Made by a program: the position numbers and the translations under genes. From the sequence record LR877332: a stretch of DNA of 64,000 nt; one strand, 5' to 3'. Below the pieces are notes generated by a model. It saw nothing but the letters and a program-made list of their open reading frames with translations. It did not search any database and was not told the DNA's origin. Position 1 is the first letter of the stretch, and each line of letters starts with the position of its first letter. Origin of the DNA: Shigella phage vB_SsoM_JK08. This document shows positions 38,198 to 48,169 of the stretch, piece by piece.

Positions 38198-39007
38198 ATG
38201 CTTAAAGAACAACTGATTGCCGAAGCGCAGAAAATTGATGCTTCCGTTGCTCTTGATAGTATTTTCGAATCAGTTAATATTTCTCCGGAAGCAAAAGAAA
38301 CTTTCGGCACTGTATTCGAAGCTACCGTCAAGCAGCACGCCGTTAAATTAGCTGAATCTCATATCGCTAAAATTGCTGAAAAAGCAGAAGAAGAAGTAGA
38401 AAAAAATAAAGAAGAAGCAGAAGAAAAAGCTGAGAAGAAAATCGCTGAGCAAGCTTCTAAATTCCTTGACCATCTTGCAAAAGAATGGCTCACTGAAAAT
38501 AAATTAGCAGTAGATAAAGGTATCAAAGCCGAACTGTTTGAATCCATGCTTGGTGGATTGAAAGAGCTCTTCGTTGAACACAACGTTGTTGTTCCAGAAG
38601 AATCAGTTGATGTTGTAGCTGAAATGGAAGAAGAACTGCAAGAACATAAAGAAGAATCAGCTCGTCTGTTCGAAGAACTCAATAAGCGTGACGCATATAT
38701 CAATTATGTGCAGCGTGAAGTGGCATTGAGCGAAAGTACTAAAGATCTGACTGAGTCTCAAAAAGAAAAAGTCTCTGCTCTGGTCGAAGGTATGGATTAT
38801 TCAGATGCATTCTCAAGTAAATTGAGTGCAATCGTAGAAATGGTGAAGAAATCTAATAAAGATGAAAGCACTATTACTGAGAGTATAAATACTCCTGATA
38901 CTGAAGCAGCCGGACTGAATTTCGTCACTGAAGCTGTAGAAGATAAATCTGCACAAGGTGCAGAAGATATTGTAAGTGTATATGCGAAAGTCGCATCTCG
39001 TTTCTAA
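38198..39007 (+). CDS. 22: gp22 prohead scaffold core protein
   Basis: 269 aa, highly charged coiled coil, matches T4 gp22. Confidence 0.9.
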   Translation: MLKEQLIAEAQKIDASVALDSIFESVNISPEAKETFGTVFEATVKQHAVKLAESHIAKIAEKAEEEVEKNKEEAEEKAEKKIAEQASKFLDHLAKEWLTENKLAVDKGIKAELFESMLGGLKELFVEHNVVVPEESVDVVAEMEEELQEHKEESARLFEELNKRDAYINYVQREVALSESTKDLTESQKEKVSALVEGMDYSDAFSSKLSAIVEMVKKSNKDESTITESINTPDTEAAGLNFVTEAVEDKSAQGAEDIVSVYAKVASRF

Positions 39008-39025
39008 TTTTAAAGGTTAACACAA

Positions 39026-40591
39026 ATGACTATCAAAACTAAAGCTGAACTTTTGAACAAATGGAAGCCATTACTGGAAGGTGAAGGTTTACCGGAAATT
39101 GCTAATAGCAAACAAGCGATTATCGCTAAAATCTTTGAAAACCAGGAAAAAGATTTCCAGACAGCTCCGGAATATAAAGACGAAAAAATTGCTCAGGCAT
39201 TCGGTTCTTTCTTAACAGAAGCTGAAATCGGTGGTGACCACGGTTACAATGCTACCAACATCGCTGCAGGTCAGACTTCTGGAGCAGTAACTCAGATTGG
39301 CCCAGCTGTTATGGGTATGGTACGTCGTGCTATTCCTAACCTGATTGCTTTCGATATTTGTGGTGTTCAGCCAATGAATAGCCCGACTGGCCAGGTATTC
39401 GCACTGCGTGCAGTATATGGTAAAGACCCAATCGCTGCTGATGCTAAAGAAGCATTCCACCCAATGTATGGTCCAGATGCAATGTTCTCTGGTCAGGGTG
39501 CTGCTAAGAAATTCCCAGCTCTGGCTGCTAGCACACAAACCAAAGTAGGTGATATCTATACTCACTTCTTCCAGGAAACTGGTACTGTATATCTGCAAGC
39601 TTCTGCTCAAGTAACAATTAGTTCTACTGCAGATGATGCAGCTAAATTAGATGCTGAAATTAAGAAACAAATGGAAGCTGGCGCATTGGTAGAAATCGCT
39701 GAAGGTATGGCTACTTCTATCGCTGAACTTCAGGAAGGTTTCAACGGTTCTACCGATAACCCATGGAATGAAATGGGCTTCCGTATCGATAAACAAGTTA
39801 TCGAAGCTAAATCTCGTCAGCTGAAAGCTGCTTACTCTATCGAATTAGCACAAGACCTCCGCGCTGTTCACGGTATGGATGCTGATGCTGAACTGTCTGG
39901 TATTCTGGCTACCGAAATTATGCTGGAAATCAACCGCGAAGTTGTTGATTGGATTAACTACTCCGCTCAGGTTGGTAAATCTGGTATGACCCTGACTCCG
40001 GGTTCTAAAGCTGGTGTATTTGACTTCCAGGACCCAATCGATATTCGTGGTGCTCGCTGGGCAGGTGAATCCTTTAAAGCTCTGTTGTTCCAGATTGACA
40101 AAGAAGCAGTTGAAATTGCTCGTCAGACTGGTCGCGGCGAAGGTAACTTCATTATCGCTTCCCGTAACGTAGTTAACGTTCTGGCTTCAGTTGATACCGG
40201 CATTTCTTATGCTGCACAAGGTCTGGCTACTGGCTTTAACACTGATACTACCAAGTCAGTATTTGCTGGTGTTCTGGGTGGTAAATACCGTGTATATATC
40301 GACCAGTATGCTAAACAGGATTATTTCACCGTAGGTTATAAAGGTCCGAACGAAATGGATGCTGGTATTTACTATGCTCCATATGTAGCTCTGACTCCGC
40401 TGCGTGGTTCTGATCCGAAGAACTTCCAACCGGTAATGGGATTCAAAACTCGTTACGGTATCGGTATCAACCCATTTGCAGAATCCGCTGCTCAGGCTCC
40501 GGCTTCTCGCATCCAGAGCGGTATGCCTTCTATTCTGAATAGCCTTGGTAAAAACGCTTACTTTAGACGTGTATATGTTAAAGGTATCTAA
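39026..40591 (+). CDS. 23: gp23 major capsid protein
   Basis: 521 aa, matches T4 gp23; biased codon usage typical of a highly expressed gene. Confidence 0.95.
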   Translation: MTIKTKAELLNKWKPLLEGEGLPEIANSKQAIIAKIFENQEKDFQTAPEYKDEKIAQAFGSFLTEAEIGGDHGYNATNIAAGQTSGAVTQIGPAVMGMVRRAIPNLIAFDICGVQPMNSPTGQVFALRAVYGKDPIAADAKEAFHPMYGPDAMFSGQGAAKKFPALAASTQTKVGDIYTHFFQETGTVYLQASAQVTISSTADDAAKLDAEIKKQMEAGALVEIAEGMATSIAELQEGFNGSTDNPWNEMGFRIDKQVIEAKSRQLKAAYSIELAQDLRAVHGMDADAELSGILATEIMLEINREVVDWINYSAQVGKSGMTLTPGSKAGVFDFQDPIDIRGARWAGESFKALLFQIDKEAVEIARQTGRGEGNFIIASRNVVNVLASVDTGISYAAQGLATGFNTDTTKSVFAGVLGGKYRVYIDQYAKQDYFTVGYKGPNEMDAGIYYAPYVALTPLRGSDPKNFQPVMGFKTRYGIGINPFAESAAQAPASRIQSGMPSILNSLGKNAYFRRVYVKGI

Positions 40592-40606
40592 TCTTTGACG
40601 ATTTAA

Positions 40607-40636
40607 GGGACCTTCGGGTCCCTTTAGTTGTTTTTA
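40607..40636 (+). terminator. rho-independent terminator after gene 23
   Basis: Hairpin GGGACCTTCGGGTCCC (UUCG tetraloop) followed by T-rich tract. Confidence 0.65.
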
Positions 40637-40639
40637 TGG

Positions 40640-40647
40640 TATAAATA
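40640..40647 (+). promoter_or_regulatory. late promoter TATAAATA for gene 24
   Basis: Exact TATAAATA about 28 nt upstream of ATG 40675. Confidence 0.6.
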
Positions 40648-40674
40648 AATCATATAAACCAAAAGGAAAGCGCA

Positions 40675-41958
40675 ATGGCTAAAATCAACGAACTTCTGCG
40701 CGAATCAACCACAACGAATAGCAACTCAATCGGTCGCCCAAATCTCGTTGCTTTGACTCGCGCTACCACTAAATTAATATATTCTGACATTGTAGCAACG
40801 CAAAGAACTAATCAACCTGTTGCTGCTTTTTATGGTATCAAATACCTTAACCCGGATAACGAATTTACATTTAAAACTGGTGCTACTTACGCTGGCGAAG
40901 CTGGGTATGTAGACCGAGAACAAATCACAGAATTAACAGAAGAGTCTAAATTAACTCTCAATAAAGGCGATTTATTCAAATATAATAATATCGTTTATAA
41001 AGTATTAGAAGATACACCATTTGCTGATATTGAAGAAAGCGATTTAGAATTAGCTCTTCAGATTGCAATCGTTCTTTTAAAGGTTCGTTTATTTTCTGAT
41101 GCTGCAGTAACAAGCAAATTTGAAAACTCTGATAGCGAAATTGCGGATGCTAGATTCCAGATTAATAAATGGCAAACCGCAGTTAAATCTCGTAAACTTA
41201 AAACTGGCATCACAGTTGAATTAGCACAAGATTTAGAAGCAAACGGATTCGATGCTCCTAATTTCTTGGAAGATTTGCTTGCAACTGAAATGGCGGATGA
41301 AATCAATAAAGATATTCTGCAGTCTTTGATTACAGTATCAAAACGCTATAAAGTTACAGGAATTACTGATACTGGATTCATTGATTTGAGTTATGCATCT
41401 GCACCTGAAGCTGGTCGTTCATTATACCGAATGGTGTGTGAAATGGTTTCACATATCCAGAAAGAATCAACTTATACAGCAACGTTCTGTGTTGCTTCAG
41501 CTCGTGCCGCTGCGATTCTTGCTGCATCAGGTTGGTTAAAACATAAACCAGAAGATGACAAATATCTTTCACAAAATGCCTACGGGTTCTTAGCTAATGG
41601 TTTACCGCTTTATTGCGATACCAACAGTCCATTAGATTATGTAATCGTTGGCGTAGTAGAAAATATTGGTGAAAAAGAAATTGTTGGATCAATTTTCTAT
41701 GCTCCGTATACAGAAGGTCTTGACTTAGATGACCCTGAACATGTAGGTGCATTTAAAGTTGTAGTTGATCCAGAAAGTTTGCAGCCATCTATCGGTTTAT
41801 TAGTTAGATATGCTTTATCTGCAAATCCTTACACTGTAGCAAAAGATGAAAAAGAAGCAAGAGTAATTGATGGTGGAGATATGGATAAAATGGCGGGTCG
41901 TTCAGATTTGTCTGTTTTATTAGGTGTTAAGCTACCAAAAATTATCATTGATGAATAA
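40675..41958 (+). CDS. 24: gp24 capsid vertex protein
   Basis: 427 aa, matches T4 gp24. Confidence 0.9.
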   Translation: MAKINELLRESTTTNSNSIGRPNLVALTRATTKLIYSDIVATQRTNQPVAAFYGIKYLNPDNEFTFKTGATYAGEAGYVDREQITELTEESKLTLNKGDLFKYNNIVYKVLEDTPFADIEESDLELALQIAIVLLKVRLFSDAAVTSKFENSDSEIADARFQINKWQTAVKSRKLKTGITVELAQDLEANGFDAPNFLEDLLATEMADEINKDILQSLITVSKRYKVTGITDTGFIDLSYASAPEAGRSLYRMVCEMVSHIQKESTYTATFCVASARAAAILAASGWLKHKPEDDKYLSQNAYGFLANGLPLYCDTNSPLDYVIVGVVENIGEKEIVGSIFYAPYTEGLDLDDPEHVGAFKVVVDPESLQPSIGLLVRYALSANPYTVAKDEKEARVIDGGDMDKMAGRSDLSVLLGVKLPKIIIDE

Positions 41959-41961
41959 AAC

Positions 41962-41988
41962 AAAGGGACCGAAAGGTCCCTTTTTATT
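41962..41988. terminator. bidirectional rho-independent terminator between 24 and rnlB
   Basis: Hairpin AAAGGGACCGAAAGGTCCCTTT flanked by A-run and T-run. Confidence 0.6.
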
Positions 41989-42992
41989 TAACTTACCAAT
42001 TCAATCCAAGCCGGACGAAGTACATCTTGTACCATTTTAACTAATTCCTTCTTAATCAAAGAAGGATTATCCGCTTGAGTTAGAGTAATACCTTCACGAG
42101 AAGTTTCTTCCAAAATATCTTGAACAGTTAGCCCCATCACCTTTCCAAAATCTTTTGGACCAATTTCACCAATTTTAGAAATAACGTTATTTACTCGGTT
42201 CAGTGTAACGTAACAAGCTAAAATTCCAACCAATTTGTTATCAGCTTCTGACAGTTCAACTTTAGCTTTAATAGGCTTATCAGACTTTTTCTTTTCACTA
42301 AATTTAGAGTTCTTGCATTTGATAGCTACGCGATTGCCATTAGGCATCCAAGAAGGATAACAAGGTTTCAATACATATCCTTCAGCGGTAAATACTTCGC
42401 CTTTTACTTCAGCATTCCAAACGCATTTATTTGCATCAACTAATCCAGCATGGTCTACCGTAAAATTATAATCCTGGACGACAGAATCTAAATCATTTGG
42501 CAATTTAATAAGTTCTTCAAATTTACCGCGACCTAAAAGTGGAGCCATTTTAAATTTAAATGTATTACAAAATGATTCCATCATATAATCATCGACATAA
42601 GTCACATCACCACTTTCTGTAGTGACAATAATGTCAAATACATAAAAATCTTTATCACCATAATCAACATTCTTCTGAATGCCAGGTCCAGCGAATTCGC
42701 CAAAGACTTGATAAGATACAACCGCTGAGGTTTCCATAATATCTTGTACTGCTTTAATAGAATCTTCGTAATTCTTTAGAATAATTTCATACCCAAAGAA
42801 ATCTTCAGCAGGAAGAATTGGTCCAGTACGTTTAGCGCAAGTTACTTTATCACGCTCAATAATCAATGAGAAATTTGTGCCGTGAATCTTTTCACGAGCT
42901 ACCCACTCCCCACCAGTCAATCCCAAGCTATAAAGTTTTTCAATAAATTTAGAGTTGTAATGATTTTCAAGACTGCTATACTTTTTAAACAT
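41988..42992 (-). CDS. rnlB: RNA ligase 2
   Basis: 334 aa; ligase motif I lysine in EKIHGTNFS; same length and position as T4 Rnl2. Confidence 0.9.
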   Translation of the reverse strand: MFKKYSSLENHYNSKFIEKLYSLGLTGGEWVAREKIHGTNFSLIIERDKVTCAKRTGPILPAEDFFGYEIILKNYEDSIKAVQDIMETSAVVSYQVFGEFAGPGIQKNVDYGDKDFYVFDIIVTTESGDVTYVDDYMMESFCNTFKFKMAPLLGRGKFEELIKLPNDLDSVVQDYNFTVDHAGLVDANKCVWNAEVKGEVFTAEGYVLKPCYPSWMPNGNRVAIKCKNSKFSEKKKSDKPIKAKVELSEADNKLVGILACYVTLNRVNNVISKIGEIGPKDFGKVMGLTVQDILEETSREGITLTQADNPSLIKKELVKMVQDVLRPAWIELVS

Positions 42993-43001
42993 AATTAATC
43001 C

Positions 43002-43280
43002 TCAAAATGTAATTTCTAACCAATCACCATCACGCTGATCACTATTGACTTTAAAGCTGAATCCTTCTTTTCTCAGCCAATCACCAATTTCTTCAGTAAT
43101 CAATTTATCACGAGCAATACAATAATAACTAAAATGCGTTTTACCTTGTTCAGCTGCTTTATTAGCAAGTTCCGAAAAATCTTTAATAAAACATTCTAGT
43201 TTAAACTGTTTACTTTTAAGTGCTTTTTCTCGCAATTGATTAGCAAAAGATTCATTTTCATAAAGATCATACTGTTCCAT
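43002..43280 (-). CDS. 24.2: hypothetical protein (24.2-like)
   Basis: 92 aa ORF at the T4 24.2 position. Confidence 0.6.
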   Translation of the reverse strand: MEQYDLYENESFANQLREKALKSKQFKLECFIKDFSELANKAAEQGKTHFSYYCIARDKLITEEIGDWLRKEGFSFKVNSDQRDGDWLEITF

Positions 43281-43482
43281 TTTTCACCTTTTTATTGATA
43301 TGTCTTTTTCTATAGACGACTTTTTCTCGAGTTTCAAATTTATTCTTAGCAGTCATAGCTCGAGCCCATAATACAGCCACTTCTTTTGCCTGTAAGTTTA
43401 ATTCACGAGCAATTTCAATGAATGACTTTCCAGACTCATGAAGCGTAAACACCACAACCTCAGTTCTCATAATTAATCTCAT
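43267..43482 (-). CDS. 24.3: hypothetical protein (24.3-like)
   Basis: 71 aa ORF at the T4 24.3 position, overlaps 24.2 start. Confidence 0.6.
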   Translation of the reverse strand: MRLIMRTEVVVFTLHESGKSFIEIARELNLQAKEVAVLWARAMTAKNKFETREKVVYRKRHINKKVKNGTV

Positions 43483-43549
43483 GTTATCGAGTTGGTGCCA
43501 TTATATACATCATTTTCTGATTGTGTTTTGCGTGCTTTCAAAATGAAGA

Positions 43550-43567
43550 AAGGGGCCGAAGCCCCTT
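43550..43567 (-). terminator. rho-independent terminator after hoc
   Basis: Hairpin AAGGGGCTTCGGCCCCTT followed on the minus strand by a T-rich tract. Confidence 0.55.
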
Positions 43568-43571
43568 ATGA

Positions 43572-44990
43572 TTATGGATAGGTATAGATGATACCAGTTT
43601 CTAAAGCAGTTTTATGAATGATGTATCCATTACGCGATTCTTGGACATCAACTTCTGGATAGTCTTTAATCATCTTCTGAAGAGTGTAACGATGCAGGTA
43701 GTATTTACTATCTGGGTCGTCAGTTTTCCAATCTTTACCTTCTTCGGTCATTTTTTGGATTTCATCCATAACCCACCAACCGCACCAGATATAAGCTGAA
43801 GTACGATGTGGAAGAGGATGAACATAAGGTAGTTCACCTTCTGGTTCTGGAGCAACTTTATCAGTTACCTGAACTTGACCTTCTGCTGTAATAGTTTTGC
43901 TATCGTAATCAGTTGCAGTAACGACAGCAGTAACTTCAATAGTTTGACTTCCAACAGATGAGGTATCGACAGTATATACGTTAGTTGACCCTTCTACAGG
44001 AGAAGAATCTTTCTTCCATGAGTAAGTAATTTGTGCTTCTTCTGGAGCACCCGTAACATTAGCCGTAAATGTAGCCGAAGCATCTTGCTGAACGTTAATA
44101 GAAGGAGGAGTCAATGTAACCTGTGGATTCATTGTTTTCTTATTAACAGTCAATGATACTTCATTAGAAGTAACTTCCTTTTCATTGTAATTTTCTGCAG
44201 TTACTTGCGCTACACACTTAACTGTTTTAGCTCCAACTGTGGTAGGAGTATAGTTAAATGTAGTAGTAGTTTCTCCATCGACCAGAGAACCGTCAACATA
44301 CCACTGATACGTAGCAGACGCTCCTGGTGGCTGTGAATCCAAGGCAGCAGTAAATTGAACTGGGGTTCCAATTACTCCGGCAGCAGGATTAGCAGGAGTT
44401 ACGGCTAACGTAGTCGTCTGCGTCTTTTTATTAACAGTCAATGATACTTCATTAGAAGTAACGCTTAGTGCATCATAATCTGCCGCAGTTACTTGAGCTA
44501 CACACTTGATTTTTTTAACTCCGCTTGTGTCAGGAGTGTAATTGAATGTAGCGTCAGTTGCTTCGTCTACAGGAGAACCGTCAACGTGCCATTGATACGT
44601 AGCGTTTGCACCTGATGGCTGTGAAGCTAAGGCAGCGGTAAATTCAATTGGAGTTCCAATCACTCCAGCATCAGGGCTACCAGGAGTTACAGCTAAAGTA
44701 GTTGTTTGTGTCTTATTTTGAACTGTGATAGTTGTACTAATTTCTGCTGTTTCAGGTTCAGATTCTGCAACTTGATTGGTTGCAACTACTTTAATAGTCT
44801 TTTGACCGGCAGGTCCTTTTAGTACATAACTAAAAGTTGCTGACGTTTCTTCCTGTGGAGCGTCGTCTACAGTCCAAGCATATGTAATAGGTCCATCTCC
44901 AGTTTGACCACTGGGTGTAGCAGTAAACTGCTGAGTCTGATCTATAACTCCAGTAGGTGTTTTAGGAGTTATATCAACTGTAAAAGTCAT
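43572..44990 (-). CDS. hoc: Hoc outer capsid decoration protein, enlarged
   Basis: 472 aa (T4 376); tandem Ig-like modules with recurring motifs (ATYQWxVDGSxVD); conserved C-terminal capsid-binding segment. Confidence 0.85.
   Translation of the reverse strand: MTFTVDITPKTPTGVIDQTQQFTATPSGQTGDGPITYAWTVDDAPQEETSATFSYVLKGPAGQKTIKVVATNQVAESEPETAEISTTITVQNKTQTTTLAVTPGSPDAGVIGTPIEFTAALASQPSGANATYQWHVDGSPVDEATDATFNYTPDTSGVKKIKCVAQVTAADYDALSVTSNEVSLTVNKKTQTTTLAVTPANPAAGVIGTPVQFTAALDSQPPGASATYQWYVDGSLVDGETTTTFNYTPTTVGAKTVKCVAQVTAENYNEKEVTSNEVSLTVNKKTMNPQVTLTPPSINVQQDASATFTANVTGAPEEAQITYSWKKDSSPVEGSTNVYTVDTSSVGSQTIEVTAVVTATDYDSKTITAEGQVQVTDKVAPEPEGELPYVHPLPHRTSAYIWCGWWVMDEIQKMTEEGKDWKTDDPDSKYYLHRYTLQKMIKDYPEVDVQESRNGYIIHKTALETGIIYTYP
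44140..44715 (-). repeat. internal tandem duplication of an Ig-like domain within hoc
   Basis: Two adjacent blocks of about 95 codons nearly identical at protein level and sharing long identical nucleotide runs (for example TTATTAACAGTCAATGATACTTCATTAGAAGTAAC twice). Confidence 0.7.
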
Positions 44991-44999
44991 AAGTTATCC

Positions 45000-45680
45000 T
45001 TATTTTAATGTTACGAAAGAAGAGTTGCGTGTTTCACGAATTAAAACTGATCCGTCACGGTTAATGTAATAAATTAAGCTAAATAAAGTTTGGTGTGCTG
45101 ACGCATGTTCAAAACTAGTTGGGTGAGATTTCCAATCAGGAGTTTCAGCAATCCATTGATAAATCCACCAAGGAACAGTACAGAATCCTGGATTTTTTCC
45201 AATCAACTGAAGATTCGGGCTAAAGTTTTCCGGAAGAGTAAATACAGACGGCTTTTCAGATTCAATAATCTCAGCTACAGCTTGTTCAAACTTTTCTTCA
45301 ACAAACGGAGTGTCTTCAATCAAAACTGAGGTATTTTCAGAAATTTTATCCGTTTCTACTACTTCAATTTTAATGTCAGATTTAACCGGAGAATCAATCA
45401 AAAGTGCTGCTTCTGGATTGACTTCTTCATCGTCATATTTTAATCCCTCTGCGGCATCAGCAGCATCAATTAAGTCTTTAATAGATAACCCATCAGTCTC
45501 CGGCATAGGTTCACTAGCGAGCTTCTGGAGGGCTTCTTCAATATCAACAACGATATTATCAAAAGATTTATTCTTTTTGACCTTTATACCAAACTGTTCA
45601 GCATATTCAGCTAATTTAGCTTTAGCTTCTTTATTATCATCAAGAGCCTTCAGCTCTGCAATATAATCTTTATCTATCAT
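45000..45680 (-). CDS. inh: Inh inhibitor of prohead protease
   Basis: 226 aa, same length and position as T4 Inh. Confidence 0.8.
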   Translation of the reverse strand: MIDKDYIAELKALDDNKEAKAKLAEYAEQFGIKVKKNKSFDNIVVDIEEALQKLASEPMPETDGLSIKDLIDAADAAEGLKYDDEEVNPEAALLIDSPVKSDIKIEVVETDKISENTSVLIEDTPFVEEKFEQAVAEIIESEKPSVFTLPENFSPNLQLIGKNPGFCTVPWWIYQWIAETPDWKSHPTSFEHASAHQTLFSLIYYINRDGSVLIRETRNSSFVTLK

Positions 45681-45729
45681 AATATTTCCTCAGTATAAAT
45701 ATAGATATATTTATTACTCGGAAAATAGT

Positions 45730-46347
45730 ATGTACCACTTTGTATATGAAACAACAAATCTAATAAATGGTAAAAAGTATATAGGAAAACACTCTACTGA
45801 TGACTTGAATGATGGTTACCTTGGTTCCGGTAAGGCAATTCAGCAGGCTATAAAGAAATATGGTGAAAACAATTTCTCTAGAACAATACTAAAAGAGTTT
45901 AAAACTTCTGAAGAAGCGTACATGTATGAAGAAGAAATTATAACTCCTGAACTAATAAAAAGCAAAAATTATTATAATATGAAACCTGGTGGAATTGGTG
46001 GAATTGTTATGACTACAGAGGTTATAGCAAAGATGAAAGAATCTTCCGCTAAAAGATTTGAAAACTCACCAGGCACGGTATTAGGTAAAACTTGTTACAC
46101 TAATGGAACTAAAAATATTTTTATTAAACCTGGAGAACTTGTTCCAGAAGGATTTGTAAAAGGGATGGTTCATCCTAATAGAAAGTCCAGAAAAGGATGT
46201 AAAGTCAAACCGACTACCACAGGAACTTTTTGGGTCAATAATGGCGCAATAAATAAATTAATACAACCAGACGGTATTATTCCCGACGGATTTATTAAAG
46301 GTCGTCTCATGAAAAGAGATTCTAAAGGCAAATTTAGTAAGGCATAA
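45730..46347 (+). CDS. segE: GIY-YIG homing endonuclease SegE-like
   Basis: N-terminal GIY-YIG module (HFVYETTNLINGKKYIGKHS...GYLGSG); between inh and uvsW as T4 segE. Confidence 0.8.
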   Translation: MYHFVYETTNLINGKKYIGKHSTDDLNDGYLGSGKAIQQAIKKYGENNFSRTILKEFKTSEEAYMYEEEIITPELIKSKNYYNMKPGGIGGIVMTTEVIAKMKESSAKRFENSPGTVLGKTCYTNGTKNIFIKPGELVPEGFVKGMVHPNRKSRKGCKVKPTTTGTFWVNNGAINKLIQPDGIIPDGFIKGRLMKRDSKGKFSKA

Positions 46348-46349
46348 TT

Positions 46350-47858
46350 ATGGATATTAAAGTACATTTTCACGACTTCAGTCATGTACGCATCGATTGT
46401 GAAGAGAGCACATTCCACGAATTAAGAGATTTCTTTTCGTTTGAGGCCGATGGATATAGATTTAATCCTCGCTTCAGATATGGCAACTGGGATGGACGAA
46501 TCCGTCTGTTAGATTATAATCGCCTTCTTCCATTCGGCTTAGTCGGGCAAATTAAAAAGTTCTGTGATAACTTTGGCTATAAAGCCTGGATTGACCCACA
46601 GATTAACGAAAAAGAAGAATTATCAAGAAAAGATTTTGATGAATGGCTTTCTAAATTAGAAATCTATTCAGGAAATAAAAGAATTGAACCGCATTGGTAT
46701 CAAAAAGATGCAGTGTTCGAAGGATTAGTTAATCGTCGTAGAATTCTTAATCTTCCAACATCCGCTGGTAAATCGTTAATTCAAGCTTTGCTTGCGCGAT
46801 ATTATTTGGAAAATTATGAAGGTAAAATTCTTATCATTGTTCCAACAACTGCTCTAACAACTCAGATGGCTGATGACTTCGTTGACTATCGTTTATTCAG
46901 TCATGCAATGATAAAGAAAATTGGTGGCGGAGCATCAAAAGATGATAAATATAAAAATGATGCACCAGTCGTTGTTGGTACATGGCAAACTGTAGTAAAA
47001 CAACCGAAAGAATGGTTCTCACAGTTTGGAATGATGATGAATGATGAATGCCATCTTGCTACAGGAAAAAGTATTTCATCCATCATATCAGGTTTAAATA
47101 ACTGCATGTTCAAATTCGGTTTGTCTGGTTCATTACGTGATGGCAAAGCTAATATCATGCAGTATGTTGGAATGTTCGGTGAAATATTTAAGCCAGTAAC
47201 GACCTCTAAATTAATGGAAGATGGACAAGTAACTGAGTTAAAAATTAATAGTATTTTTCTTCGCTATCCCGATGAGTTCACTACTAAATTAAAGGGAAAA
47301 ACTTACCAAGAAGAAATAAAAATTATTACTGGGCTTAGTAAAAGAAATAAATGGATCGCTAAATTAGCTATTAAGCTTGCACAAAAAGATGAAAACGCTT
47401 TTGTCATGTTTAAACACGTATCGCACGGTAAAGCTATTTTCGATTTAATTAAAAATGAATACGATAAAGTTTATTACGTATCAGGGGAAGTTGATACCGA
47501 AACCCGCAATATAATGAAAACCTTAGCTGAAAACGGTAAAGGAATAATTATAGTAGCTAGTTATGGTGTATTTTCTACTGGTATTTCAGTTAAAAATCTG
47601 CATCACGTTGTTTTAGCACACGGTGTTAAATCTAAAATTATTGTATTGCAAACAATAGGTCGCGTATTACGTAAACATGGTTCTAAAACAATCGCAACAG
47701 TCTGGGACCTCATAGATGACTGTGGTGTCAAGCCAAAATCTGCTAATACTAAAAAGAAATATGTTCACTTGAACTATCTTTTAAAACACGGCATTGATCG
47801 TATTCAGCGCTACGCAGATGAAAAATTTAATTACGTAATGAAAACAGTTAATTTATAA
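46350..47858 (+). CDS. uvsW: UvsW DNA helicase
   Basis: 502 aa; helicase motifs (PTSAGKS Walker A, DECH box); matches T4 uvsW. Confidence 0.9.
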   Translation: MDIKVHFHDFSHVRIDCEESTFHELRDFFSFEADGYRFNPRFRYGNWDGRIRLLDYNRLLPFGLVGQIKKFCDNFGYKAWIDPQINEKEELSRKDFDEWLSKLEIYSGNKRIEPHWYQKDAVFEGLVNRRRILNLPTSAGKSLIQALLARYYLENYEGKILIIVPTTALTTQMADDFVDYRLFSHAMIKKIGGGASKDDKYKNDAPVVVGTWQTVVKQPKEWFSQFGMMMNDECHLATGKSISSIISGLNNCMFKFGLSGSLRDGKANIMQYVGMFGEIFKPVTTSKLMEDGQVTELKINSIFLRYPDEFTTKLKGKTYQEEIKIITGLSKRNKWIAKLAIKLAQKDENAFVMFKHVSHGKAIFDLIKNEYDKVYYVSGEVDTETRNIMKTLAENGKGIIIVASYGVFSTGISVKNLHHVVLAHGVKSKIIVLQTIGRVLRKHGSKTIATVWDLIDDCGVKPKSANTKKKYVHLNYLLKHGIDRIQRYADEKFNYVMKTVNL

Positions 47859-47883
47859 GGGCTTCGGCCCTTTGGAGAAAAAG

Positions 47884-48114
47884 ATGTTACTAGAATTTAA
47901 ACAATTTCTTTATGAAGCTTCTATTGATGAATTTATGGGTAAAATTGCCTCTTGTCAAACATTAGAAGGTTTAGAAGAACTTGAAGCTTATTATAAGAAA
48001 AGAGTTAAAGAAACTGAATTAAAAGATACTGATGACATCTCAGTCAGAGATGCTTTGGCAGGAAAAAGAGCTGAATTAGAAGATTCAGACGATGAAGTAG
48101 AAGAAAGCTTTTAA
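47884..48114 (+). CDS. uvsW.1: UvsW.1
   Basis: Start at ATG 47884 with GGAG upstream gives 76 aa as in T4; the track start 47872 is a TTG. Confidence 0.7.
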   Translation: MLLEFKQFLYEASIDEFMGKIASCQTLEGLEELEAYYKKRVKETELKDTDDISVRDALAGKRAELEDSDDEVEESF

Positions 48115-48169
48115 ATTAAAAAAGGCCCAACCAAAAAGGAAGGGCCAAAACTATAGACTAAAGGTCACA

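Noticed and set aside
38359-39610. Antisense ORFs within genes 22 and 23 (38359..38703, 39212..39610)
   Set aside because: Embedded in well-supported structural genes on the opposite strand; no independent support.
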